A stretch of DNA of 63,103 nucleotides, counting the filler, from Octopus bimaculoides (taxonomy: Eukaryota), in assembly GCF_001194135.2 (NCBI RefSeq). It is 5 parts of 5 records of this genome, joined end to end, with 100 filler letters (N's around TTAATTAATTAA, not from the genome) between each part and the next. Parts side by side here need not be neighbours in the genome. Positions count along the whole stretch, not along the records: positions 22,843 to 44,322 come from NC_068983.1; 4 more parts are not named here. The stretch is one strand, 5' to 3'. A program made the translations under genes and the position numbers. The notes beneath the pieces were generated by a model. It had not been told where the DNA came from, did no database searches, and worked only from the letters and a program-made list of their open reading frames with translations. Positions 22,843-35,498 of the stretch are shown here, piece by piece. Every line of letters begins with the position of its first letter. The stretch's first letter is position 1.

Positions 22843-24869
22843 GGCCCTTTATGTTGACGGTCATCGTTTTCGTAGAGAATCGGTTCGTTTATTTCTGTTG
22901 TTAGATTGTTTTGCACGTTCAGATCTTCGTACTTTTTTCGTAACAAGCTTACAGTACGCACTTCTCGGTTGTTATTCTTGGGTGGAATAATACCGGTGTT
23001 ATTTAATCTGTTTGTAATTTTTTTTTGTACATGGTGCTTTTGGGTTCGAAGATGGTCTGATTTTGATGTTACACGTGTGTTTACGATCGCTGTGCGGGTA
23101 GTGGAGGTATCAAGTTAAAATACATCATTATATTTGGAAAAATAGAAATAAATTTCAATGAGTATTACTTACTCGGATATAGTCCAACCCTTTGTCAGCT
23201 ATTTTTTGGCTCCATGCGATGTCTTTATTTTCGATGTTTTTGGATAAGTTTCGGAGCAGTGCTTTATCGTTCTTACATGTTAAACTTCCCCGGTATAATC
23301 TCTATTATTACTATTATTATCGCTGTTACTTTTGATGTTATCATTCTTGCTTGTCCTGTAGCTTTTGATTTGTAAACTTTGTTCACCTGTCTGAGGTATA
23401 TATATTTACGTATTAATAAAATTTATATTAGTCGAGTGCCGTGTTGGAAGTATACGATTGATATCTTCCTGGAAAATTTCTCTATATATGTCCGTTCATG
23501 AAATCCTTCTCCACCTTCTTCTTTTCATCCTGCTCCTTCCTGTTCTCCTTTTCCTCTCCCTCATCATTACCGTCGGCATAGCCATTATCACCGTTATCAA
23601 AATCATAATAATATTAACAACATCCTTACATTAATCATCATCGTCTTACCTTCTTTCCTATTCAAGACAATACATTATTTTGCTCCCGGTCAGTTACGAT
23701 AGCAGAGTTATGATCAAAATCATTCCTTGTCCACCGTTCTGCTCTCTAAGCGTTCAAATTTCTTACCACTATTGAATATACTACACTTAAAAGTCGCAAC
23801 AGACACTAGAAATGCAATCAGTGAATTTCCTCTCTTTGACTTGGAAACACAAGGTCTGGAGTTTCAGCTGAAATATTTCAGTTTTCTTTATTTAAAATTG
23901 TTTGAGGCTCATTAGAATTTTATAAACATCTATAATTAATCTATATTCAAATCTGGCTAAGTGGCTAAGTATTAGAGTATCAGCTAATAGAATAAATTAA
24001 ATATATTGATTTGAATGAAATATAACTATCTGCAGGCATTTCATTATGTTTCCAGTAGAGGATAGTTAATTGTAATGTTTCCCAACTGACCCGAATATCA
24101 ATAAGTCATTAACTTGAAGAGCGCGAGAGATCTGAAATCCATTCTCTGCGAATTTAAAATCAAATATGAGCTTTAAATCTGATTTTCACATGGTCTCGTG
24201 TCCCCGTAGTCTTTGGAAATAAAATGAGCAACAGAAACCAAAGGAAGTGAAACCAAGGGGAGTGAAAGTTTCCTCAGATCATACCCTGCCATCTTAAAAC
24301 TGAGTGATGGACACATTGAATCATTTCATGCTTGATACACTTAGACAAGAGGGATAATCAACATAGGATTGGTTTTTCACATATGTATGTTAGATCGAAG
24401 TTGGTTTGGTGTTAATACCAATAAAAATATCAAAGAAAGATTCACGGGCCAGTTTAATCACAAGAAGGATAAGCTGACTCTCACTCAAATCATGCTCTGC
24501 TGTTTCTAAATACTACCTTGGACAACGTAATTCAAGTTGTATATGGTAATCGTAGATAGAACAAGTTTGGAGATAGAACTGCTAAGATGAGATAGCATAG
24601 ACCTAAGCCACAACACGATCATCATTACTTCAGCTAAACTAAAATTCTTCTCAATTTCTTAATTTCATAAGTAATATGTTGTTTATAGTTTTATAATTAT
24701 TCAGGCAGATATACGGAAATAGGGGTATATTAGTAAGTATATTACTGATCAAGATTTTGAAGATTATAGCTTGATCGTAGGAGACTACATTAAGCAGTAT
24801 GATTTATTTATCACTTTTCTCAGTAGTTGAGGGTAATATAGCTGAAGTTAATGATTCTTATATTTACGA

Positions 24870-25845
24870 TATTTATATCCTTGAAATTTACGATACCTAT
24901 CTTATCACCAACGTTATTTGACATCTACGTGATACTTCTGACCCAAATCCATAGTAAAATGAAAATGGAATATGTGCTGGATAGTATTAATATCAACCAT
25001 GTGTTATTCATGAACGGTATATAGCTATTTCCAAAATTTACTGATCAGTCAGGATATTAAGATGGAGTTTGGGATAAAAAATGACGCGTTGTAACCCTGG
25101 AAGCTAACAAAGAGTAGAGACAGCCAGCTTGCAAACGGCTCGAGTATAAAAGAAATTGTAGAGAAAGAATACAGGTACTTGGGAATCTGTGAGTTGGATA
25201 AGATCAAAGAAAAAGAAATGAAGATGTTCGAAAACGGAATATCTCAGTCGAATGAGACTTGTGATATCGTCTAAATTGAATGGGAGGAACAAGAACAATG
25301 GAAACATGGTACATATCCCTCTATTAAATAGAGGAAAGACGAATTAAAAACTATCGATAGCAAAACCAGGAAATTGATGGTAGTGCATTAAGAACTTCAT
25401 CAAAGGAGTGATGTTGCAAGAATTTATGCTGGGAAAAAGAATGTAGGCAGATGACTAATGCATTGTAAAACTTTTGTTAAAAGCTAGGTAAACAACTTAG
25501 CATGGTATCTTAAAAATGGCAAAGGTAACATCATGTCAGAGATACGACACCGTGACATACTGAAAACTGCTGATGTAGTAACACTGAATGAGTGAAAAAG
25601 AAAGAAAAAAAGGAACTTGAAATGGAATTGATGCACAAATATATGCACGGGTAGTACACTAGAGATAAAGTAGGCATCGCTTAGAATAGGCGATGGGCGT
25701 GACTTAGAAATGAGGATTTGAAAGGATGCACAGATGCTCTGATATACAGCGCCTAGAAACAGACTTTCCAAACTAACTACATTATGCATCATGCTGACAA
25801 AACGTAAGAATCAGCTTAATGTAGAACGTGTGAAAAGAAGCATGG
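24870..25845 (+). mobile_element. R4/Dong-clade reverse transcriptase relic
   Basis: LSPTLFDIYV..INHVLFM..DIKMEFGIKK..EYRYLGI..EYLSRMRLVISSKLNGRNK..IDSKTRKLM..LHQRSDVARIY..MHG.Y..W..L..DLKG..DALI..Q..QTNY..CRTC. Frameshifted. Confidence 0.88.
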
Positions 25846-25899
25846 ATGTAGGTTAGCAAAGGTGACCCTAAATGGAGTACCTAAAGTCTGATCATCACT

Positions 25900-26345
25900 G
25901 CCCAGGACCAAGAATTAAATACCAACTCAGTAGAAGGGGATACATACAACGCAAGTACAACAAACTTCTGCAAAATGAGTGGAAAGAAGGTCAAAAGCGT
26001 GACTTACGTTGTTAGTGTGGGTAAAAATCTGGCGCAGAAATACTACAAGCACAGATACTATAGGGTAACTCTAAAACTAAACTGGCTACTGTACCGGAAG
26101 TATAGATATGGCGTCACGGATGCTTGGTGTCAACACACACCGGAAAAGGAATGAACGAAAACGAGGAGGCAAAGATCCTCTGAGTCTTTGATTTTCGGAT
26201 AGAGATACTGGAACTCCGAAGGCCAGATATAAGAGCCTCTAAGAAAGACATGAAACAGTGCCTGAAATTGATGTTGGAGTGCCAGTAGATCAACATATTG
26301 TAATGAAAAATAGAGAAAGTGTCGACGAATATGTACCTTTTTACT
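25900..26345 (+). mobile_element. R4/Dong-clade knuckle plus endonuclease relic (second element)
   Basis: IITAQDQELNTN..CKMSGKKVKSVTYVVS..LAQKYYKHRY..LNWLLYRKY..WCQHTPEK..ENEEAKIL..RRPDI..GVPVDQHI. Confidence 0.8.
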
Positions 26346-27589
26346 TTGACATTTACGCTGTGAAAGCAAAAGGATTAAATCCAATAATACCAAAAAAACA
26401 TTAAAAATACTGCCACAAATTGTGCCTACCTTACAAAAGAGAAACACCTACAGTTTGTTCACAAAGCTTTACATGCATTAATAAATTCTAGGCATTATCA
26501 TAACAAGAAATATAATCAATCAAACATTTTCCCAAACTCCTTTCCATAAGAACCAACCTTAGAAACCTAATTACTACCCCGCGCAACCACCCACAGAGAT
26601 TACAAAAAAGGCCAGACTAGCTTAAATGCATCGCTGTTCGACGTCGGCTTAGCTGGCCAAAACTTCGAGTTTACAGTCTACAACATTATTGTTTAAGAAT
26701 AATAAATGTGTATAAAAGTAACCCACCAGATTAATGTAAAACATTTTTTTTATTATAACTGAACATAAAAACAAACATTAATATAACATCTATATTCGTG
26801 TATGCTCAACATTTATACGTCTATGTAACTGGAATTTTCCATAGCGTTACACCATTTTATAGAGAAGCTCATAGAAAGTATAGCGTTTTCAAATATTGTT
26901 ATTCGAAGTTTCAGAGAAAAAAAAACAACTTAGGAAAAAACTAGCAAAATTTTATAACCCTAAAATCTGTAGTAGATACGAGAAATAGTTAGTGTTGCGA
27001 AAAATAATTTAAGAAGACTAATTTAAAAAAAAAAATATTAGAATATGTTGTAAGAAAACAAAAACGGATATTTCACTAGAAGATAATGTAAATGTAAAAA
27101 TAATGCTCTCTGTCTATATTTGTTCATTTTTTCTCGCTTTTTATAAATATCGAATTGAAATATCTGGTTTGTTTGTAAACAAGAAGTTTGAGCGAATTAA
27201 TACACTCTGACCAAGTGAAAATCATCATCAGGGAAAACGTGATATCATATATATATATATATATATNNNNNNNNNNNNNNNNNNNNNNNNNNNNNNNNNN
27301 NNNNNNNNNNNNNNNNNNNNNNNNNNNNNNNNNNNNNNNNNNNNNNNNNNNNNNNNNNNNNNNNNNNNNNNNNNNNNNNNNNNNNNNNNNNNNNNNNNNN
27401 NNNNNNTGTGTGTATGTATGTATGTATGTATGTATGTGTGTGTGTGTGTGTGTGTGTGTGCGTGATTGTGTGTGAGTAAGTGCATTTATAGTTTACTGTT
27501 CGGTTATGTTAGTATCAGCAAAATGTACTCCATCCACTGAGAAATACATTTCATTTAACGTGCACAGTATTGAAATATGAACTGCTCAC

Positions 27590-28028
27590 AGAGGCACTGT
27601 ATTTAGGCAGAATTATATAACATGCCTTGTTTGATAGACTCTGTCGTTTAAGTGGCCGAATACACAGCAGTGCTTCAAGATGACGTAACCGAAAACAAAT
27701 TTACGTAGGTTTAAGCGAAGTCAATTTTAAAAGACGTTATATAAACCTTCAGTCTTCTTTCTAACATGCCAACAAAAATAAAGCCAATAAGTTTTGTAGC
27801 CATTTATGGGGTGTGAAGACAAACTGCAGACCACGTATAATCACGGAGAAATCAATGCTATATGTAAAGAGGGCAAAGAGATGCAACTTTTGCGTAGATG
27901 AAAGATCGCACATTCTCTTTAGATCCAAGAATTCCACCAAACTACTTAATTCAAAGTCCATAATTTTCAGCAAATGTCGAACTGGAGGACACCAACCTTT
28001 TCAGGTTGAGCAGACTTTGGGCTCCTGA
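27590..28028 (+). mobile_element. Penelope-like element GIY-YIG endonuclease relic
   Basis: CLIDSVV..YVGLSEVNFKRRY.N..SSF..HLW..YVKRAKRCNFCVDERSHIL..LLNSKSIIFSKCR matches the VVY/YIG..FKxRY..KRCxLC..LLNxR..SKCR pattern of Penelope-like elements. Confidence 0.75.
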
Positions 28029-28429
28029 CCGTTTTAGTTATTCTAAACCAGCCAAATTAATTATAATTTCTGCGGTTAAATTGGATGTAACCCTTCATTT
28101 TCTTTCTTTTCTTCCCTTCTTTTACCGTTTCTAATCATCCATTGTCATTCCATTTAAGTTTTTGCGCCAGTCTTCTCTATTTGTTTGTCTCTTTGTTTCT
28201 CATGCTGAAGATTGCTTGGTAACACAAGGCACATTATATAAATCTGTCTAACTGCAATGTCTCTATTGCATAAAACTATTAGAACACTTATTTTAATACT
28301 GTGTACATTAAATAATACACAGTCGTACAGACACAATCATACATGTGAAAGTTTCAGTTTCACCTAGTCATTCCTGCGGTATTCTTAAATTTCCTTTCAA
28401 GCAATGGTTTCTGATCGACTCAGAAGGTA

Positions 28430-28615
28430 AGCAGTTTAGAGGGAAGAGGGTTAAATGATACATCAACCCAAATGAATGAGTAGTCCTTTGTTTTATTCGC
28501 TCCATAGAATAAAAGGCAAAGCTAGTTAGTGCCAGTTATGAACTGAGGATGTAAAAAGACGGAGCATAGACCACACAGCATTCTACTCGATACACTAAAG
28601 GTTCCGCCAGCTCAA
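28430..28615 (-). mobile_element. SINE family D, degenerate
   Basis: acatcaacccaaatgaatgagtagtcc..aaaggcaaagc..gaactgaggatgtaaa..ttccgccagctc. Confidence 0.6.
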
Positions 28616-30053
28616 ACTAATAAACAGTATTTAATACACATATATTTATGCGGGCACACACGCGCACACATGCACACACACACATACACATGTATGAATG
28701 TGTGTGTGTGTGAGCATGTGTGTGTGAATTCCATTCACTAGAAATGAATCTCTCAAACTATACAAATTTTAATTAAAAGCTATAAGTAATTTGATTTTGC
28801 CCCGTACTGCTCATTTGCTACGACGCGCGCCATTAGCTACATTCATTTATATATGTATATATATATTTATGTATATATATATATATATACCAATTTATAT
28901 GAAATTCAAATACTTAATTAAACCTGCCTCTTTGTAGGATTGTTTTCCAAAATTGAATTTTCCATAAGTGCTATTTGCACAATTGTTTTTCAAAATTTAT
29001 TTTTCCATAATTAAACCTAACTATTTGTCCAATTGTTTTGCAAAATGTATATTCCTGAAATATATGAAAGGCTAATCTTTATGCTTTCTACAATATCATA
29101 GGAATTATTTAAATGAATTGAAATGTAAAAAAAAAAAAAATAATAAGATAAAACTACTATTCTATTATAATAAAGCCACGTTTATGTTTGAATGTATAGA
29201 AATGTTCATCTAAAGCATAAGTATGAAACTTTACACAATTCGCAGCAGCACGGGAGTCCTAGTGTGTGCAGAAACATAAATTTATAGATGAATGTTCTTT
29301 CTTGCATGCTGCGCCACACGCAATAATAAACGTACGCACAAAGTAATTGATTAGTACATCAATATGGAGAATACATATACTTAGAGACATATACACACAT
29401 GTACACGAAATCATTCACGTATTATACATACCTACATAGATACACACAAGCATGTTCATAGATGAACATAAAGGATAGACATATGAATATAGATGCGAAT
29501 ACGTTAGCGTATTTGAAGAACCGAATTTTAATTAAATATGCAAGACATTTCGTTAATTATTTAACACTAGAATATATTGTTTCCTTTGCCCATGCGCAAT
29601 CTTAAATTTACATCAGTTGAAAATGGTATGACGTCAAAGAAATTGATCGATAGTCAGATTTCTGTAAATAATTTGTTTACGTTTCTATAAAAGACACTTG
29701 AGAATGTTAATAGTTCTTGTTATATAAATAGGAAATATTGTAGAGTTGCATGAACGACAAATCACGCTGTACCGAACATACACTACTTAGATGCCTCTGC
29801 ATTCAGTTTTCACATGTGCTACAATAACACGTATCAGGTATTTTCCGGCTCCAGTCAATGAATCACTCTATTCTTGTCAAATGATTAAAATTTTACAACC
29901 CACAATTTAAACTTAACTCGTTTCCACAGTTTTCAGAGAAAAAGAAGCACGGTGTGCTCTACTCCAGCAGACATGCGATTTCGAGTTGGCTGATCAATAA
30001 ATTACTCAGATTGCTGTTTTTGTTCTGTCGTAGCAGTGTTATTTTCCTACATG

Positions 30054-30276
30054 TAGGGAGGGGTGCTGAAAAAAGTTCCTGGCTTTAATGGTGTCATGAA
30101 AGGCCTGGTTCGATATCCAACCTACAGAGTTCTTTTACAGGGCTTAGAAAAACTGAAGGCCCGCTACAACATGTGTGTGAAGCTAAAAGAGGAATATTTT
30201 GAATAAGATCATAATTAACTGATCCTCCTCTATTTCTTTTACTTAAAGCCTGGAATCTTTCAGTACCCACCACGTC
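30054..30276 (+). mobile_element. Mariner-derived MITE
   Basis: Degenerate TIRs gggtgctgaaaaaagttcctggcttt / aaagcctggaatctttcagtaccc; retains the transposase C-terminus FLQGLEKLKARYNMCVKLKEEYFE*. Confidence 0.82.
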
Positions 30277-30738
30277 ATAATCTATGTTTCAATATGCAGT
30301 CTTCATTTTAAATTCACAATTGTCACAGAAAATTTAGCAAATTGTGTTAAAATGTCAAGTTACTAAAACACTTTTTGGTGCCCATTGAAAAGTATTCATT
30401 ATTTGATACATTAAAAATATAATAAATTATCAGATTCTGCCCCTTACTCAGTCATTACTGGTACTCTGTTCTCCTCGACCTTTTATACAATAATTACTAA
30501 CATGGGCGTTAATCGTACACAGTATTGTATTATAGGAATATTTTAGTATTCGCCACATTCATTGTAAGTATGTTGTCCTTGCCATTATCCGTCTTAGGTC
30601 AATAAATTATACTATTCAGGTTTAATTTGCATGAATTGAAGTAGAGAACAGTACACTTCGCAACATGTGACGAGGTTGAATGTGTCTATATTATTAATGG
30701 ACTTGTGTTCTTTTATCACGTGAGTAAACTTCTAAGTA

Positions 30739-31282
30739 CGAGGGTGAGTCAAAAAGTAATTTTGTTTAGGATAGGTATAATTACCAACACATGAACATGT
30801 ATCATACATCAAAATGAAGCTGGCCCACTATGGATCACGTCCTTACTTCTCACCAGAGTCACCGTTTCTCTCAATAGCAATGTTCCACCTCCGAATGAGA
30901 GCGTGTATCCCTGGCCCGTAAAATTCTGTTGACTCTTTTTTGAGCCACTTCTTCACTACGATTTTCACTTCCTCGTCACTGGAATAATGTTTGCCTCTCA
31001 AACCCTTTTTCATGGGGCCAAAGAGATGATAGTCCAGTGACGAGGAAGTGAAAACTGTTGTGAAGAAGTGGCTCAAAGAACAGTCAACAGAATTTTACGG
31101 GGCAGGAATACATGCTCTCATTCAAAGGTGGAACATTGTTATTGAGAGAAACGGTGCCTCTGTTCAGAAGCGGGGATGCGATCTACAGAGGACCAGCTTC
31201 ATTTTGATGTATGATACATGTTCCTGTATTTGTAATTATACCTTTTCTAAACAAAATGGCATTACTTTTTGACTCACTCTCG
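30739..31282. mobile_element. Palindromic mariner derivative made of two inverted 3' ends
   Basis: TA TSDs at 30737-38 and 31283-84; TIRs cgagggtgagtcaaaaagtaat / attactttttgactcactctcg. Arms 30739-30983 and 31033-31282 each encode the mariner C-terminus (DEEVK..VKKWLK..STEFY..GIHALI.RWN) on opposite strands. Confidence 0.93.
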
Positions 31283-32544
31283 TAGTTCAGTCCAAGTAAC
31301 TAAGCATAGCTAAAACAGTATAAAATATAGCAACTCGTTCCATGCATTGTCAGTGCAGTAAATTTGGGAAGTAATTTGTTGGACATAAAGTAGCTGAACT
31401 CTTCTTTTGGGTATATCTAAGATGATGGATTATGTCAAGATGATCTTCGTAACAAAAGTGACATGACAGAGACTTCACTGGTTATCCAAGCAGTATTCAA
31501 ATAGGTTAAGAGAGTTGACATTTGTCATTTTCTATACAATGCCTTTCAAGTTGTTGTAACTACACCGATTAATGACCTAATAATACATAGTTCAAAAGTT
31601 CACGTCCATCTTCGGTATTTCGTTTTGTGTCTCGGTGGGATACTTTATTCAGTGTTGCATAATCTTACCCTAGCTGTCTGAATAAATACTTTGCGTGTTA
31701 AGAAGTCTACTGCCGAAAACCAGAGTCATACGCAGGAAAGTATTCGTGACTTCGTTTAATGTTAGAACAAAAACGGGTTTAATTCTCAACTCAATGACAC
31801 TTTAGAAGATCTTGATGAAATTAATTGTAATTATTTATGACATGATATTTTTCTAAGTCAAAAATCGTTTTCATATTTAAAGAGCAATTCTGTAAATAGA
31901 GACTAAAGATTTGTCAGGATATTTCTAGCATTTTCTTTACCAAATATACGAGTAATGAAACTATAAGTGAAAAGGGCGAGAATTTAATTCAGATTTTAAA
32001 AGAGAGAAAGTAAATATAAATTAGAATATAACTGGATTATCTACTGTCTTTCGACTTGAAATCCTTCATTAAGTAGCTAATGAGTAGCTTAGAATTTTAT
32101 AAGACTTGGTGTATATTGATGTTAATATTTTATTCAAGGTTATTGACGATGCATTGCAAATGAGGTGAAATATCTACAACTAAGAATCTAAGACAGGGTC
32201 ACGATTTAGGCCCTAATCTCACTTACAGTTTACAATAACAGTTGTAAAATAATTACATTTTTCATAGTACACAGAATTTCGAATTAACGGCTGTGTCTAA
32301 TTGATAGTGACAGAATGGCATAATATGTTGCTACTTATAAATCGGATGTTAAAACAATCCAAATCGAACATGATTAAATACAATGACTTCAATTGCACAC
32401 AGCTTCAACAAGCAGAGTTAATCGTAAATATTAGGACGAAAACACTCACACATATGCATAAAAAAGGCAGACCAATAACAACAATTAATAGTTAAGTACC
32501 AGTTGCGTACCGGAGTCGATATAATAGACTGGCCCCTTCTCCCA

Positions 32545-32588
<44 letters not shown>

Positions 32589-34003
32589 ATTTATATTACA
32601 CGACCCAACAAAGAAACAATTTTTATGACCAAATACCATCCATATCTAAATGTTTGTTGTGGCGGAAGGGCGATAAATACCTCCGACCCTTCTGAAACTT
32701 TTGCTGAATTTGCTACAACGACTAGTGTTACTATTTAGGATGACATTACAAAGACTCCTTCAGGCACTACCATTGCTGCAGCTGGTACTGAAAGCTTGTA
32801 GGGTCTAGTAGTCAAAAATAATCATGGGAAACAAACTGTTCTACTGAGTTTACTTTGCCAATAACCAAATGCTTTGAATCAAAAGGGAGATTTTGTCACG
32901 TGATTTAGGCGTCTGACAAACTTCACCAATGAAAATGAACGACGCAGAATTTTAACCAACTGCCTACTGAACATACTGTCGCACTATAAATAATGTAGAC
33001 AGTTGATCTGTAAATCTGTACCAGTACCAGAAATAAATTAAAAGGAGCCACGAAGGCTTCTAACTGTGACTACAGACAAATATTCCTACTGCTTCTGCTA
33101 TACTACGACTAACCAACAATCTGCATCATGTGATTTTTGTAAGAAAATCGAGTAAATTTCCAGAACTTATATCATGAAAGATTAATTTAATTAAGTTATT
33201 TCAATATATTTTTACATTTATCTCAGCATTACAAGATCGTCTTTCAAAGCGAGTGAAGCCTGTAACATATTTTGATAAAAATGTAAATACTAATTTTGCT
33301 TTTATTCTTCATAGAGTTCTCGAAGCACTTTCTTTCTCTTTTGTAATATGAATTTACTTGGCTGTGTGTGTATGTATGTAAGTATATGTATATAGATATA
33401 TACTTATACGCACACAAACACACTTATATANNNNNNNNNNNNNNNNNNNNNNNNNNNNNNNNNNNNNNNNNNNNNNNNNNNNNNNNNNNNNNNNNNNNNN
33501 NNNNNNNNNNNNNNNNNNNNNNNNNNNNNNNNNNNNNNNNNNNNNNNNNNNNNNNNNNNNNNNNNNNNNNNNNNNNNNNNNNNNNNNNNNNNNNNNNNNN
33601 NNNNNNNNNNNNNNNNNNNNNNNNNNNNNNNNNNNNNNNNNNNNNNNNNNNNNNNNNNNNNNNNNNNNNNNNNNNNNNNNNNNNNNNNNNNNNNNNNNNN
33701 NNNNNNNNNNNNNNNNNNNNNNNNNNNNNNNNNNNNNNNNNNNNNNNNNNNNNNNNNNNNNNNNNNNNNNNNNNNNNNNNNNNNNNNTATATATATATAT
33801 ATATATATATTTAGAGAGACAGGAAGAGAGTGAGAGAAAAAGACAGGCAGACATGCAACACATACATACGTACATGCATCCATATATAAAATCATCATTG
33901 TCAAATGTTTGGCAAAATTATCATAGATAAATTTTACGCATGTCATTGGTGGTGTATGTGGGTTTTGTTGAAGCTTGAAACTGGGTGAATGTTATATGCA
34001 CAG

Positions 34004-34159
34004 AAGCCCCATCAAAACGGGGAGGAGCGGAAAAGGCAAATTCTAACGATCTTACAGGAGATGAAAGAATTCGAAATTCTGCTACAAATCAGGCTCAGAA
34101 ACTGAAACCTTCAAATTTACCACAATGCAGGTCTGGAAAAGATAATATATGCTTGGAAA
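34004..34159 (+). CDS. Weak candidate internal exon (EAPSKRGGAEKANSNDLTGDERIRNSATNQAQKLKPSNLPQCRSGKDNICLE)
   Basis: tatgcacAG acceptor, 156 nt open in one frame, GAAA|GTAAGA donor. No homology recognised; the polypyrimidine tract is poor. Confidence 0.15.
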
Positions 34160-34821
34160 GTAAGAATAAATGTAAATAATAGGGGTATACAGAGAAAATA
34201 AACCCAATTCTTTCAAGCACTTTTAAGACTATTTCTTTAAATTTGGAAAGCCGAGGCGACAGGCAGGGACAAAAATATCACATAGATATCAATAATCTCT
34301 TTAAATGTCCTGATTTAGACTTTCTAACGCTGGTCTGGTTGGTCACCAAACGTTACACGAACCAATGTCAGATAATAATATATCAAAACTTCCTATAAAA
34401 CATAAATCTACTAATCATCGAACAATTGTTGTTTTTTTAGCGGGGGTCTAAAGAGAAATATATGTCTGTGCACGATGCCAAGGAAAATAACATTTTTGTT
34501 AAAGTAAAGAAAAAGAAAATGAATAAAACGTATGGGTTGCACATGTGCCAAAACTTGAAGGCGTCTAGTTTGCAGCTTATTATTTGTTTGTAGGTCATTA
34601 ATATGATCATTCTCATTATTGAACAGATTTCCATGTATAAAAGTTTCGCTGAGACTCACACACAAGCATACATCTACAAAATACACCATTTTCTTGATAA
34701 ACATACAGACTTATGCTTTTGAGTATAAGTAACAACTGCTGTTTCTACGACAATCGTTATTTCTAATGTATAGTTTATAAATACCTATAACGTCTGCCTC
34801 TCTGTCTACCTCTTTTTGCGG

Positions 34822-34867
<46 letters not shown>

Positions 34868-35070
34868 ATTCAAGTATCGAGGTGAAGGAAGAAAGTTAGC
34901 CTCAAGCAAATCATAGTAACTATAAAAAACAACTTTCAGGGACAATAGCGCTTTATTGAGACAGAACATTGTGTTCTTTTTTCTTATCGAAGTACGATAA
35001 ATGGGAAAAAGTTATTTTCATATTTCATGGTAGGCAACACGAGTTTGCCAGGTATGCAAATAAGAATAGA

Positions 35071-35346
35071 AGAGATAAGGAAAGAAGTAGATAAAATCCG
35101 GGCTACGTATGTATCATAGCGAGCAGAACCTCGAAAATAGTAAATATCCATGCGAGGTATTTGAATCTGATTAAATCTTCCAGGTGTTTACATGTACTTC
35201 CTTTCGATAATTTAAACTTTCATTTAATCAAGATATCCTTGCTGAAGATTAACCTGCGTATATACCTCGCTCGAATATTTACCATTTCCGAAGTTCCGCT
35301 CTCTATGAAACACATGTAGCCCGGGTCTTACCCACTCCTTATCTTT
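35071..35346. repeat. Long diverged inverted repeat (old MITE or RNA hairpin)
   Basis: 35087-35160 matches the reverse complement of 35262-35335 at 59/74 positions without gaps; outer agataagga / tccttatct also pair. Confidence 0.88.
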
Positions 35347-35363
35347 AACTCTTGTATGTATAT

Positions 35364-35409
<46 letters not shown>

Positions 35410-35459
35410 NNNNNNNNNNNNNNNNNNNNNNNNNNNNNNNNNNNNNNNNNNNNNNNNNN

Positions 35460-35498
<39 letters not shown>

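Noticed and set aside
22843-23520. Possible Penelope-like relic on the minus strand
   Set aside because: Only vague compositional similarity; no motif could be aligned with confidence.
28204-28260. Other CTGANGA hits (e.g. 28206, 9496, 43507, 57434, 59676 and minus-strand hits near 7770, 14595, 27227)
   Set aside because: They lack a correctly placed GAAA, stem III/NUH or stem I.
32660-32880. Protein-like + strand stretch (SDPSETFAEFATTTSV...)
   Set aside because: In-frame stops and no recognisable family; cannot be supported as an exon or a named element.
35242-35325. CTGAAGA ... GAAACACATGTA as a hammerhead
   Set aside because: No stem I or stem II pairing in register; the sequence is explained by the inverted repeat.
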